Assembly (NCBI GenBank): GCA_025362575.1
Contig: JANYIQ010000020.1
Location: 14,450-78,449, forward strand
Length of the DNA: 64,000 bases
Direction of reading: 5' to 3'
DNA from: Bacteroidia bacterium
Lineage (GTDB): Bacteria > Bacteroidota > Bacteroidia > B-17B0 > Aurantibacillaceae
Under the pieces are notes generated by a model. It had not been told where the DNA came from, made no database searches, and worked only from the letters and a program-made list of their open reading frames with translations. Position numbers and translations under genes: made by a program. Shown piece after piece: positions 47,959 to 58,760 of the stretch (position 1 is its first letter; each line of letters opens with the position of its first letter).

Positions 47959-48882
47959 GTGAAAAACATTCTGGTCATATATTACACGCAAACAGGTCAG
48001 GCCAAACAAGGCCTGGATGCTGTATTAAAACCTTTTAACAACGAACAGGAATACAAGATCCATTACGAATTGATAAAGCCTGTTACTGCTTTGCCTTATC
48101 CTTGGAAGTATAGCGAATTTTTTGATGTTTTTCCTGAGAATGTGCATGCCATTCCTTTTGAGTTAGAACCATCAGGCATTAACATGACCATAAATTATGA
48201 TCTGGTCATCATCGCCTATCAGCCTTGGTTTTTGAGTATTTGCAGACCTATCAGCTCTTTTTTGATGACTAAGGAAGCAAAGATCTTATTGAACACTAAA
48301 CCCGTAATTACGATCATCAATTGCCGTAACATGTGGTTAAATGCTCAGGAAAAAATGAAACAGCGATTGCTGGATCTGAATGCAAAATTGGTTGGGAATA
48401 TTACGTTTGTCGACAGGTCGGCCAATCTAACCAGCCTGATTACCGTGCTAGCCTTCGAATTAAAAGGAATAAAAGAGAAATACATGGGATTTTTTCCTAA
48501 ATACGGGATCTCTGACACTGACATTCAAACTGCACCGGTCATTGGAGAGTTGATAAAAACTTCTTTGCAAAAAAATAATTTTGACGATCTTCAAAGTCAG
48601 ATCGTGGGAAAAGGATTTGTAACCGTGAAACCAAATTTGCTGATAATGGAAGGACGAGGGAAAGCTTTGTTTCCTTTATACGCCAATTACATTTCTAAAA
48701 AGGGAACTGCAGGAAGTGCTGACCGGAAAATGCGGGTGAAAATATTTGGAATGGTTTTACCAACCGGGATCTTACTTTTGTCGCCCATCATTACAATAGC
48801 TACACGATTGGCACCGATAATTGCTGCCGGTAAAATGAGAAAGCTGATCGCTTATTACCAGCAGAACGAATTAAAAAAATAA
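47959..48882 (+). CDS. DarA-like protein (dialkylresorcinol condensing enzyme accessory protein family, recalled from memory)
   Basis: Flavodoxin-like N-terminus MKNILVIYYTQTGQ. Segments YQPWFLSICRPISSFL and PVITIINCRNMWLNAQEKMK resemble DarA proteins of flexirubin clusters as I remember them. Unverified. Confidence 0.45.
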   Translation: MKNILVIYYTQTGQAKQGLDAVLKPFNNEQEYKIHYELIKPVTALPYPWKYSEFFDVFPENVHAIPFELEPSGINMTINYDLVIIAYQPWFLSICRPISSFLMTKEAKILLNTKPVITIINCRNMWLNAQEKMKQRLLDLNAKLVGNITFVDRSANLTSLITVLAFELKGIKEKYMGFFPKYGISDTDIQTAPVIGELIKTSLQKNNFDDLQSQIVGKGFVTVKPNLLIMEGRGKALFPLYANYISKKGTAGSADRKMRVKIFGMVLPTGILLLSPIITIATRLAPIIAAGKMRKLIAYYQQNELKK

Positions 48883-48886
48883 AACT

Positions 48887-49309
48887 ATGACATTAGCAAC
48901 TAAGGAAACTATTTTTAAATATATACCCCAGCGCGATCCTATTTGCCTGGTGCATAATATTTATGAATGTTCGTACGAGGCCAGTAAAACAGGATTTCTT
49001 GTAGAGGCACATCACATTTTTGTGAGTGATGGGAAATTAACAGAGCCGGGTATTGTAGAAAATCTGGCGCAGAGTGTAGCTGCACAAGCCGGTTACTTAT
49101 CCTACGAAAATAACATTCCCCCAAAATTAGGATTCATTGCCAATATAAAAGATCTGAAAATATTTTTTCAACCTCCTGTTGGATCGGAAGTGATCACAAG
49201 AATATCGGTAAAAACTCAGGTGTTGAATTTCACTTTAATTGAAGCTGCTTCTTTTGTGAATGATGAACCTGTTGCCACCTGCGAAATGAAAATTTTCCTT
49301 CAGGAATAA
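48887..49309 (+). CDS. hotdog-fold 3-hydroxyacyl-ACP dehydratase-like protein (aryl-polyene/flexirubin cluster type)
   Basis: 140 aa. N-terminal YIPQRDPICLV motif typical of APE-cluster dehydratases. 4 nt after the DarA-like gene. Confidence 0.55.
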   Translation: MTLATKETIFKYIPQRDPICLVHNIYECSYEASKTGFLVEAHHIFVSDGKLTEPGIVENLAQSVAAQAGYLSYENNIPPKLGFIANIKDLKIFFQPPVGSEVITRISVKTQVLNFTLIEAASFVNDEPVATCEMKIFLQE

Positions 49310-49332
49310 TTAATCAGGATGAGAATTATTTA

Positions 49333-50082
49333 ATGAGTCAATGCTTAGCCAACATACAAGAGGTATCTAAACAATACAAAAATGTGGCAAGGCCTGCGGT
49401 AAATTCAGTTTCGCTTTGCATAGAACAACAAAGTATTTTTGGTTTACTGGGTCCGAATGGTGCGGGCAAAACCACATTGATCTCAATGCTCTGCGGTTTG
49501 TTCAAACCATCGTCAGGTAAAATTTTAATTAATGGTTTTGATACGGTATCTCAATCGAATGATGCAAAAACATGCATTGGCGTGGTGCCACAGGAAATTG
49601 CTTTGTATGCAAAATTAACGGCCTGGGAAAATCTGATGTTCTTAGGACAGATGTATGGCATTGAAACCAACGAATTAAAAAAAAGAATAAAAGAGAATCT
49701 TAGCATTTTAGGTTTGGAAGAGAACATGCATCAGCAAGTGCAGACCTTTTCAGGCGGTATGAAACGCCGTGTGAATTTAATAGCCGGCATTTTGCATTTA
49801 CCGAAACTTTTAATATTAGATGAACCAACTGTAGGCGTTGATCTGCAGTCGAAAATGGCGATCATTGACCATCTTAAAAAATTAAATAAGGATAATGAAA
49901 TGACCATTTTTTATACTTCGCATCATTTACATGAAGCGGAAGATTTTTGCTCGCACATTGCTATCATTGATGAAGGAAAAATAATTACACATGGAAAAAC
50001 ACTGGATCTGATAGACAGCAATGATTGCAAAACCATTGAAGACGTATATTTAAAAATTACAGGAAACAGATTTAGAGATTAA
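49333..50082 (+). CDS. ABC transporter ATP-binding protein (ABC-2 exporter type)
   Basis: Walker A GPNGAGKTT, signature FSGGMKRR, Walker B LLILDEPT. Confidence 0.9.
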   Translation: MSQCLANIQEVSKQYKNVARPAVNSVSLCIEQQSIFGLLGPNGAGKTTLISMLCGLFKPSSGKILINGFDTVSQSNDAKTCIGVVPQEIALYAKLTAWENLMFLGQMYGIETNELKKRIKENLSILGLEENMHQQVQTFSGGMKRRVNLIAGILHLPKLLILDEPTVGVDLQSKMAIIDHLKKLNKDNEMTIFYTSHHLHEAEDFCSHIAIIDEGKIITHGKTLDLIDSNDCKTIEDVYLKITGNRFRD

Positions 50083-50100
50083 TGAGGCATTTAAAAAAGA

Positions 50101-50146
50101 CATCTGCGAAACTCTGCGCACTCATCTGCGAAACTCTGCGTGAAAC
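50101..50146. repeat. tandem 18-mer CATCTGCGAAACTCTGCG x2 followed by TGAAAC (CATCTGCG repeat family)
   Basis: Units at 50101-50118 and 50123-50140, read directly. Lies between the ABC ATPase and permease genes. Confidence 0.8.
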
Positions 50147-50158
50147 TATTTGTAGCTA

Positions 50159-51418
50159 ATGAAAAAACTGGCGTATTGCATATACAAAGAGTTCAAGATC
50201 CTGATCCGGGATAAAGCAGCGCTTGCAATAATGTTTTTGATGCCAATGGCTTTGGTTTTTATTGTTACCATCATTCAGGATTCAACATTCAGATCGGTAA
50301 ACGAAACCTCTGTACCGCTTTTATTTGTTGATAAGGACAAAGATTCGCTTTCAGAAAATCTGGAGAAGGCCTTAGAACAAACGCATTTCTTTGAAGTGAT
50401 CAAGAAAGAGATTTCAGTTGAAGAAACAAAAAAGTTAGTAGCGAGCGGAAAATATCTGATCGGTATTGTGGTGGCGGAAAACACTTCCAAAAAATTAAGA
50501 GTGAAAGCAAGTGACAAGATCTCAAAATTATTTTCTCAAACAAATGCTGTTACTGACACAAGTGCATTGAATATACAATTGTTTTTTGATCCCATTACCA
50601 AGCAATCTTTTAAAACCAGCATCAGTGGTGCTATTGACAGAATTGTTTCGGCAATTGAAATGCAAAGCATGGGTAATGTTTTAACAGAACAATTGAAGGA
50701 AAGCGCTACACCGGGTTCGTCATCTGTTACATTTGATACAAGACCTCTGGTAACAACTGTTCAGGAGTATGCAACTACGAGCGAAACTACTTTAGTACCA
50801 AATGCCACGCAGCACAATGTTCCGGCGTGGACAATGTTCGCCATGTTTTTTATCTGCATTCCGCTTTCAGGAAACATTATTCGTGAGCGTGAAGATGGAA
50901 GTGCGTTTCGACTTTTGACAATGCCGGGATCTTATCTTACTGTTTTAATGGGAAAGATCTCAATGTATTTAATGATCAGCTTACTTCAGTTTGTACTTAT
51001 GCTTTGCGTTGGAATTTATGTTTTACCGATGTTGGGATTATCCGCTTTGCAGGTGGGCCACAATTTGATCACACTTTTTATTGTGTCTTTAAGTGCAGGT
51101 TTAGCAGCAACAGGTTTTGGTTTATTGATTGGCACGGTCGCCAATTCGCAGGATCAGGCAGCTTTATTTGGCGCGGTAAGCGTTGTGATATTAGCAGCCA
51201 TTGGTGGTGTTTGGATCCCTACTTTTGTGATGCCGGCGGTAATGAAGAATATCAGCGCCATTTCACCGCTCAACTGGGGACTCGAAGCTTTTTACGGTGT
51301 GTTTTTGCGCGGACTAGCGTTAAGCGGAATTATTTTTCAAGTGATAAAATTGCTTTTATTTTTTGTGGCCTGCGTGAGCGGAGCTTATTTTTATCAGGTG
51401 AAAAAAAGGATGAGTTAA
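50159..51418 (+). CDS. ABC-2 family transporter permease
   Basis: 419 aa. N-terminal TM segment, large extracytoplasmic loop, then 5-6 C-terminal TM helices. Confidence 0.8.
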   Translation: MKKLAYCIYKEFKILIRDKAALAIMFLMPMALVFIVTIIQDSTFRSVNETSVPLLFVDKDKDSLSENLEKALEQTHFFEVIKKEISVEETKKLVASGKYLIGIVVAENTSKKLRVKASDKISKLFSQTNAVTDTSALNIQLFFDPITKQSFKTSISGAIDRIVSAIEMQSMGNVLTEQLKESATPGSSSVTFDTRPLVTTVQEYATTSETTLVPNATQHNVPAWTMFAMFFICIPLSGNIIREREDGSAFRLLTMPGSYLTVLMGKISMYLMISLLQFVLMLCVGIYVLPMLGLSALQVGHNLITLFIVSLSAGLAATGFGLLIGTVANSQDQAALFGAVSVVILAAIGGVWIPTFVMPAVMKNISAISPLNWGLEAFYGVFLRGLALSGIIFQVIKLLLFFVACVSGAYFYQVKKRMS

Positions 51419-51622
51419 TCTCTTTCACGCAAGTCTTCTGTAAATTTGCGAATCCTAATCGCCCTTGTTAATCTAAAAAACGTCTAAACTTTTTGTTGAA
51501 AAAGTATTAAGAACCGAAGGTGCCCTTTATCGATGTAAAGATCACTATATCAAATAGTTAAGTGGCTTACCAAGATCCTGTTTTTTCTTTGTCAAAAATT
51601 TCACCAATTATTAAAATATACC

Positions 51623-51630
51623 TACATTTG
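51623..51630 (+). promoter_or_regulatory. -7 promoter box TACATTTG upstream of the atp operon
   Basis: Exact TAnnTTTG match 38 nt before ATG 51668. Confidence 0.4.
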
Positions 51631-51667
51631 CACCCGAATTCACAAAACGAACTTTTTAAACAGCGTA

Positions 51668-52795
51668 ATGGGCCCTAAAATCAAGATATTTAAGCAAAAA
51701 AGCACCCTATTTCTGCTTGTTTTTGCTCTTTTCTCACTTGTTTCATTAAAAACATATGCTTCTGGGCAAGAAGAACACCCTGCAACAGAGTCAGATAGCC
51801 TAAGCGCAGTTGCTCCTCACGTCGGTGGTCATGAAGAAGCAAAGGAAGAAAAAGTAAATATCACTAAGGTTGCTTTCGAACACATTTTAGATTCTCACTA
51901 CTGGCATTTTTGGGGCGAAGGTCACGAAACAGTGGCTTTGCCTTTACCTTGTATCATTTATTCAAGCACAAAAGGTGTTCAGTTCTTTTCTTCAGCGGTT
52001 TTTGAACATGGTCATGCTTCTTTCGGTGCCTATAGTTTAGTGGAAGAAGAGATCATCTCTGCTGACCCTCAGGAAAAAATAACCGACCTTTCAATTACTA
52101 AGAACGTTGTGCAGCTATTATTATCTGCAGCATTGATTTTCTGGATCTTCACTTCGATAGCAAAATCCTACAAAACAACCGGCGTTACATCTGCACCAAA
52201 AGGAAAACAATCTTTCTTTGAACCGCTTATTACTTTTGTTCGTGATGATATTGCTAAAGACAATATCGGTGCCAAGAGCGATAAATTTGTTCCTTACCTG
52301 TTAACCGTTTTCTTTTTGATCTTAATTAATAACGTGTTAGGTATGATCCCTATCGGTGCTAACCTTACCGGAAACATTGCCTTTACTTTTGTTTTAGCAA
52401 CCTGTACTTTAATTATCACCAACGTTAATGCCAATAAAAATTACTGGATGCACATTTTAATGCCACCCGTTCCAAAGGCATTGTACATAATGATGATCCC
52501 TTTAGAGATCGTTGGAATTTTCACCAAGCCTTTCGCTTTAATGATTCGATTGTTTGCGAACATGACAGCAGGTCACATTATCGTGATCAGTTTAATAGGA
52601 TTGATATTTGTTTTCCAGAGCTTATGGGTATCTCCTGTTGCAGTAGCCTTTACTTTGTTCATTGATGTATTAGAATGTTTAGTGGCTTTATTACAGGCGT
52701 ATATTTTCACTTTACTGACCTCTCAATTCATTGGTGCGGCTGTTGCCGAACATCACCATGAAGAAGGACATGAAGGTGAAGAACACGCACATTAA
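51668..52795 (+). CDS. atpB: F0F1 ATP synthase subunit a, with His/Glu-rich N- and C-terminal tails
   Basis: Conserved stator Arg motif RLFANMTAGH. Long N-terminal extension and a C-terminal HHHEEGHEGEEHAH. Confidence 0.9.
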   Translation: MGPKIKIFKQKSTLFLLVFALFSLVSLKTYASGQEEHPATESDSLSAVAPHVGGHEEAKEEKVNITKVAFEHILDSHYWHFWGEGHETVALPLPCIIYSSTKGVQFFSSAVFEHGHASFGAYSLVEEEIISADPQEKITDLSITKNVVQLLLSAALIFWIFTSIAKSYKTTGVTSAPKGKQSFFEPLITFVRDDIAKDNIGAKSDKFVPYLLTVFFLILINNVLGMIPIGANLTGNIAFTFVLATCTLIITNVNANKNYWMHILMPPVPKALYIMMIPLEIVGIFTKPFALMIRLFANMTAGHIIVISLIGLIFVFQSLWVSPVAVAFTLFIDVLECLVALLQAYIFTLLTSQFIGAAVAEHHHEEGHEGEEHAH

Positions 52796-52825
52796 TTAAA
52801 AGAAGAATTTATTAACCATAAATAA

Positions 52826-53050
<225 letters not shown>

Positions 53051-53057
53051 TATAATT

Positions 53058-53090
53058 GTCCCTCACGGTTGGTGAGGGACTTTATATTTT
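53058..53090 (+). terminator. intrinsic terminator/attenuator-like hairpin directly after atpE
   Basis: Perfect 9-bp stem GTCCCTCAC / GTGAGGGAC with a 5-nt loop, followed by TTTATATTTT. Confidence 0.55.
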
Positions 53091-53095
53091 AATTG

Positions 53096-53124
53096 AACCC
53101 GTAGGATATGGTATCCAACGGGTT
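53096..53124 (+). promoter_or_regulatory. second long hairpin in the atpE-atpF spacer
   Basis: AACCCGTAGGATA-TGG-TATCCAACGGGTT, a 13-bp stem with one mismatch. Confidence 0.45.
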
Positions 53125-53153
53125 GAAAGTTTAAAAATTTTAAAAATAATAAA

Positions 53154-53669
53154 ATGAACAGTTTATTTATTTTAGGTTCACTAACCACTCCGGGTATCGG
53201 TCTAATAGTTTGGACTTCCCTGGTGTTCATCTTGTTGGTTCTATTGCTTAGTAAATATGCATGGAAGCCAATTTTAGCGGCAATTAAAACCCGCGAAGAA
53301 AACATTGCTCACGCTTTATCAAGTGCTGAAAGTGCATTGAACGATATGCGCGAACTACAATCAAATAACGAAAAAATATTAGTGCAGGCGCGTGAAGAGC
53401 GCGATGCTTTATTGAAAGAAGCACGCGACACAAAAGATGCGATCATAAGCGAAGCGAAAGCAAAAGCTACCAAAGAAACAGATCGTATTTTGGCAACTGC
53501 CCGTGAACAGATCTTAAACGAAAAAAATGCGGCCATCAGCGACCTTAAAAATCAGGTGGCGTCTCTATCCATAGAAATTGCAGAAAAAATATTGCGCTCC
53601 GAGTTATCATCTGATGATAAGCAAAAAGCGCTTGTAAATACTTTAATGAAAGACGTTAACCTGAACTAA
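53154..53669 (+). CDS. atpF: F0F1 ATP synthase subunit b
   Basis: Single N-terminal TM helix, then a long charged coiled coil. Position in the operon fits. Confidence 0.85.
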   Translation: MNSLFILGSLTTPGIGLIVWTSLVFILLVLLLSKYAWKPILAAIKTREENIAHALSSAESALNDMRELQSNNEKILVQAREERDALLKEARDTKDAIISEAKAKATKETDRILATAREQILNEKNAAISDLKNQVASLSIEIAEKILRSELSSDDKQKALVNTLMKDVNLN

Positions 53670-53670
53670 A

Positions 53671-54222
53671 ATGATTGTTGCTTCAAGATACGCTAAATCT
53701 TTAATTGATCTTTCCATCGAGTTAAAACAACTTGAGGAAGTGAATAAAGACATGCTGCTTATAAAACAGGTTTGCGAACAAAATCGCGAGTTCACTGTTC
53801 TCTTAAAAAGTCCGGTAGTAAGTACAGACAAAAAATCTTCTATTATCAGATCTATCTTCGAAAGTAAAGTATCTCAAACGACTTTATCGTTCCTGAATTT
53901 AATTACTCAGAAACGCCGTGAAGGAGATGTTGAAAATATTGCTTATGCTTTTAACGAGCAGTATAAGTTACATAAGAATATTACTACAGCTATTGTTACA
54001 ACAGCTATTACTTTGGATGACGCCACTAAAACGAAAATTTTAGCTATCGTAAAAAAACAGGCAAGCGGCGAAGTGGAAATAGTTGAAAAAATTGATAAAG
54101 CTTTGATCGGCGGTTTTATTTTAACCGTAGGTGATAAGCAAATTGATGCAAGCATAAAACGTAAATTAAATGATCTGAAGAAGAATTTTTCAGATGATCA
54201 TTTTGTACCAGAACTTAATTAA
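53671..54222 (+). CDS. atpH: F0F1 ATP synthase subunit delta (OSCP)
   Basis: N-terminal [11 protein letters not shown] and C-terminal [19 protein letters not shown] are typical OSCP motifs. Confidence 0.85.
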   Translation: MIVASRYAKSLIDLSIELKQLEEVNKDMLLIKQVCEQNREFTVLLKSPVVSTDKKSSIIRSIFESKVSQTTLSFLNLITQKRREGDVENIAYAFNEQYKLHKNITTAIVTTAITLDDATKTKILAIVKKQASGEVEIVEKIDKALIGGFILTVGDKQIDASIKRKLNDLKKNFSDDHFVPELN

Positions 54223-54239
54223 TTTTTAATTTTAATAAA

Positions 54240-55817
<1,578 letters not shown>

Positions 55818-55902
55818 AAAATGTTAAATTATAAATTATGAATTTTAAATTAGTTTGTGCATCATTCAACATTTAAAATTTATCATTTAAAGTTTCATAA
55901 AA

Positions 55903-56787
55903 ATGGCTAGTTTAAAAGAAGTAAGAAATAGAATAGTATCAGTAGGTTCAACCATGCAGATCACAAGTGCCATGAAAATGGTGAGTGCTGCTAAGTTGAA
56001 ACGTGCTCAGGATGCGGTTACTCAAATTCGTCCTTATGCCGGTAAAATAAAAGAACTTCTTGAGAATGTAAGCGGCAGCATTAATGCTTCTGAAAATCCT
56101 TACGCGCACACCAATGCTGTAAAAAATGTTTTGATCATTCCTATTTCCAGTAACCGTGGTTTAGCGGGAGCTTTTAATGCAAACATCATTAAAAGAACCT
56201 GGATACTTATTAAAAACGATTACAAAGATTGTAATGTAACAGTTTTAGGGATCGGAAAAAAAGTACAGGATGCTTTCCGTAAAACAGATTACCATATTGT
56301 AGGTTCTGATCTTCCACATCATTTGAACGATCTTTTTGACGGAATGACCTTTGGGAAAACATCATTAGTTGCTGAAAAAATAATGGAGACCTATTCGAAC
56401 AAGCAATTCGATAAGATCATTTTAATTTACAATCAGTTCAAAAATGCAGCAGTGCAGATAACAACTGAAGAACAATTTTTACCGATAGCGCCTGCTTTAG
56501 AAAATGGCATTGTAAAAACATCTTCTGTTGATTACAGTTATGAACCGAACAAAGAATCGATCGTAACAAATCTCATCCCGCTTTCGTTAAAAACACAATT
56601 ACATAAAGCATTATTAGATTCTACTGCTTCCGAACACGGAGCGCGTATGACCGCAATGCATAAAGCAACTGATAACGCAAAAGACATGTTGCGTGAATTA
56701 AAGATCAGTTACAACAAGGCCCGTCAGGCTTCTATTACTACCGAGATCCTTGAGATCGTTGGTGGAGCAGAGGCGCTTAACGGTTAA
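55903..56787 (+). CDS. atpG: F0F1 ATP synthase subunit gamma
   Basis: N-terminal LKEVRNRIVSVGSTMQITSAMKMVSAAKL and C-terminal ITTEILEIVGGAEAL. Confidence 0.9.
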   Translation: MASLKEVRNRIVSVGSTMQITSAMKMVSAAKLKRAQDAVTQIRPYAGKIKELLENVSGSINASENPYAHTNAVKNVLIIPISSNRGLAGAFNANIIKRTWILIKNDYKDCNVTVLGIGKKVQDAFRKTDYHIVGSDLPHHLNDLFDGMTFGKTSLVAEKIMETYSNKQFDKIILIYNQFKNAAVQITTEEQFLPIAPALENGIVKTSSVDYSYEPNKESIVTNLIPLSLKTQLHKALLDSTASEHGARMTAMHKATDNAKDMLRELKISYNKARQASITTEILEIVGGAEALNG

Positions 56788-56927
56788 CACGTTCATTAAA
56801 TAAAATTCCGAGGGATGTTTATCCTGCGGATCAAATAAATAAGTAATTAATCCCGTAAGATTAATGAAACACTCCACCCTCTGTGGAGTAAAGTTCATTC
56901 TTCTTGCGATAAAATAAAGTAAGAAAG

Positions 56928-57977
56928 ATGAAACTATCTATGTTCAAATTCAATCTGCCTAAAGAACTTCTGGCAGAGTATCCTGCAAAAAGTCGTGACG
57001 AAAGTCGTTTAATGGTTGTTGACCGCGCCTCAGGAAAGATCATTCACAAAAAATTCAAAGACATCATTAACTATTTTGAAGATGGTGATGTGATGATGTT
57101 GAACGATACAAAAGTTTTTCCTGCCCGCATGTATGGTAATAAGGAAAAGACCGGAGCAAAGATCGAAGTATTTTTATTGCGCGAATTAAATGCAGAAAGC
57201 CGTTTATGGGATGTGCTGGTTGATCCCGCACGTAAGATCCGTATCGGAAATAAATTGTATTTCGGAGAGAACGACAGTCTGGTTGCTGAGGTAATTGACA
57301 ATACAACTTCGCGTGGAAGAACCCTGCGTTTTTTATACGATGGTTCTTACGAAGAGTTCAGAAAAGTATTATATGATCTTGGAGAAACACCACTCCCAAA
57401 ATACATTAAACGTAAAGCAGAAGAAAGCGATATCGAAAGATATCAAACCGTATTCGCTAAGAACGAAGGCGCAGTAGCCGCGCCAACAGCGGGTTTGCAC
57501 TTTAGCCGTGAATTATTGAAGAAACTTGAAATTAAAGGCGTGCAGTTTGCCCCATTAACTTTGCACGTTGGTTTGGGAACTTTCAGAACCGTTGAGGTAG
57601 AAGATCTTACCAAACATAAAATGGAAAGCGAAGAAGTTTTGATCTCAGCAGATACCTGCAAAGCGATCAACACTGCAAAAACAAAAAAGAAAAGAGTTTG
57701 CGCAGTTGGAACAACTGTTATGCGTGCTGTTGAATCTTCGGTTTCTACAAGCGGACAATTGAATCCTTATGTTGGATGGACAAATAAGTTTGTTTTTCCT
57801 CCGTATGAATTCAGTGTAGCAAATTGCATGATCACGAATTTTCACATGCCTGAGTCAACTTTATTAATGATGGTAAGTGCTTTTGGCGGATACGATCTGA
57901 TCATGAAAGCCTACAAAGAAGCAATAAAAGAGAAATACCGTTTCTATTCTTATGGCGATGCCATGTTAATAATATAA
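56928..57977 (+). CDS. queA: tRNA preQ1(34) S-adenosylmethionine ribosyltransferase-isomerase
   Basis: [23 protein letters not shown], and [10 protein letters not shown]...[17 protein letters not shown]. Confidence 0.95.
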   Translation: MKLSMFKFNLPKELLAEYPAKSRDESRLMVVDRASGKIIHKKFKDIINYFEDGDVMMLNDTKVFPARMYGNKEKTGAKIEVFLLRELNAESRLWDVLVDPARKIRIGNKLYFGENDSLVAEVIDNTTSRGRTLRFLYDGSYEEFRKVLYDLGETPLPKYIKRKAEESDIERYQTVFAKNEGAVAAPTAGLHFSRELLKKLEIKGVQFAPLTLHVGLGTFRTVEVEDLTKHKMESEEVLISADTCKAINTAKTKKKRVCAVGTTVMRAVESSVSTSGQLNPYVGWTNKFVFPPYEFSVANCMITNFHMPESTLLMMVSAFGGYDLIMKAYKEAIKEKYRFYSYGDAMLII

Positions 57978-57991
57978 ATAACCAAAAAAAT

Positions 57992-58022
57992 AAGGCCGTT
58001 CTTAACTGAAACGGCCTTTTTA
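57992..58022 (+). terminator. rho-independent terminator after queA
   Basis: Perfect 9-bp stem AAGGCCGTT / AACGGCCTT followed by TTTTAATT. Preceded by an A-run. Confidence 0.75.
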
Positions 58023-58044
58023 ATTAAAAAACGTATTTTAGTAA

Positions 58045-58755
58045 ATGAAAATGGCTGCACAGCAACAACCCAAAATAATTAATATTTTATTTCTGGATAT
58101 TGAAACTGTTCCTGTAACTTATAATTATAAGGATCTTAGCGAAGCCGGAAAAGAATTGTGGAATAAAAAATGGGCTTACAATAAAGAAAATGATCCCGAA
58201 GCGCTTTATGCGAAAGCCGGAATTTATGCAGAGTTCTCTAAAATTGTGTGCATAGGCCTGGGCTATTATTCCTATTCTGATTTCAGGATAAAGGCAATTG
58301 CCGGTGATGATGAAGCAGAAATACTGAATGAATTCATGAAGATCGTGAATCAGTTCTTTAATAAGGATGAGCATTTTTTCTGCGCGCACAATGGTAAGGA
58401 ATTTGATTTCCCTTTTTTGAGCCGGAGGATGATCGTTAACGGAATTCCGTTCCCAAAGAACTTTCAGTTGCAGGGTTTAAAGCCGTGGGAGGTGAAACAC
58501 CTTGATACGATGGAGATGTGGAGGTTCGGGGACATCAAGAATTTTACCTCGCTGAATTTACTGGCGTATACTTTAGGATTACCTTCTCCAAAAGACGAAA
58601 TGGATGGAAGCATGGTGTCGAAAGTGTATTATGAAGAAAAGAACATTCAGAAAATAAAGGATTATTGTTTAAAGGATGTAGTAACCGTTGCAAAAGTATA
58701 TCAGAGATTAACCGGACAACCCGCGGTTAAAGATGAAGATGTAATTTATACTTAG
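58045..58755 (+). CDS. stand-alone 3'-5' exonuclease (PolB-exonuclease/RNase H-like fold)
   Basis: ExoI LFLDIETV, ExoII AHNGKEFDFPFL, ExoIII DYCLKDV. Confidence 0.7.
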   Translation: MKMAAQQQPKIINILFLDIETVPVTYNYKDLSEAGKELWNKKWAYNKENDPEALYAKAGIYAEFSKIVCIGLGYYSYSDFRIKAIAGDDEAEILNEFMKIVNQFFNKDEHFFCAHNGKEFDFPFLSRRMIVNGIPFPKNFQLQGLKPWEVKHLDTMEMWRFGDIKNFTSLNLLAYTLGLPSPKDEMDGSMVSKVYYEEKNIQKIKDYCLKDVVTVAKVYQRLTGQPAVKDEDVIYT

Positions 58756-58760
58756 AATTT

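Noticed and set aside
53063-53305. 80-aa minus-strand ORF spanning the atpE-atpF spacer
   Set aside because: It overlaps the atpF start and the two hairpins and is antisense to a conserved operon. No supporting features are present.
56788-56927. Possible preQ1 riboswitch upstream of queA (hairpin ACTCCAC-CCTCT-GTGGAGT at about 56870-56888)
   Set aside because: The sequence does not match my recollection of the preQ1-I consensus, a short stem-loop with an A-rich tail forming a pseudoknot. queA acts downstream of preQ1 and is not a typical riboswitch target.
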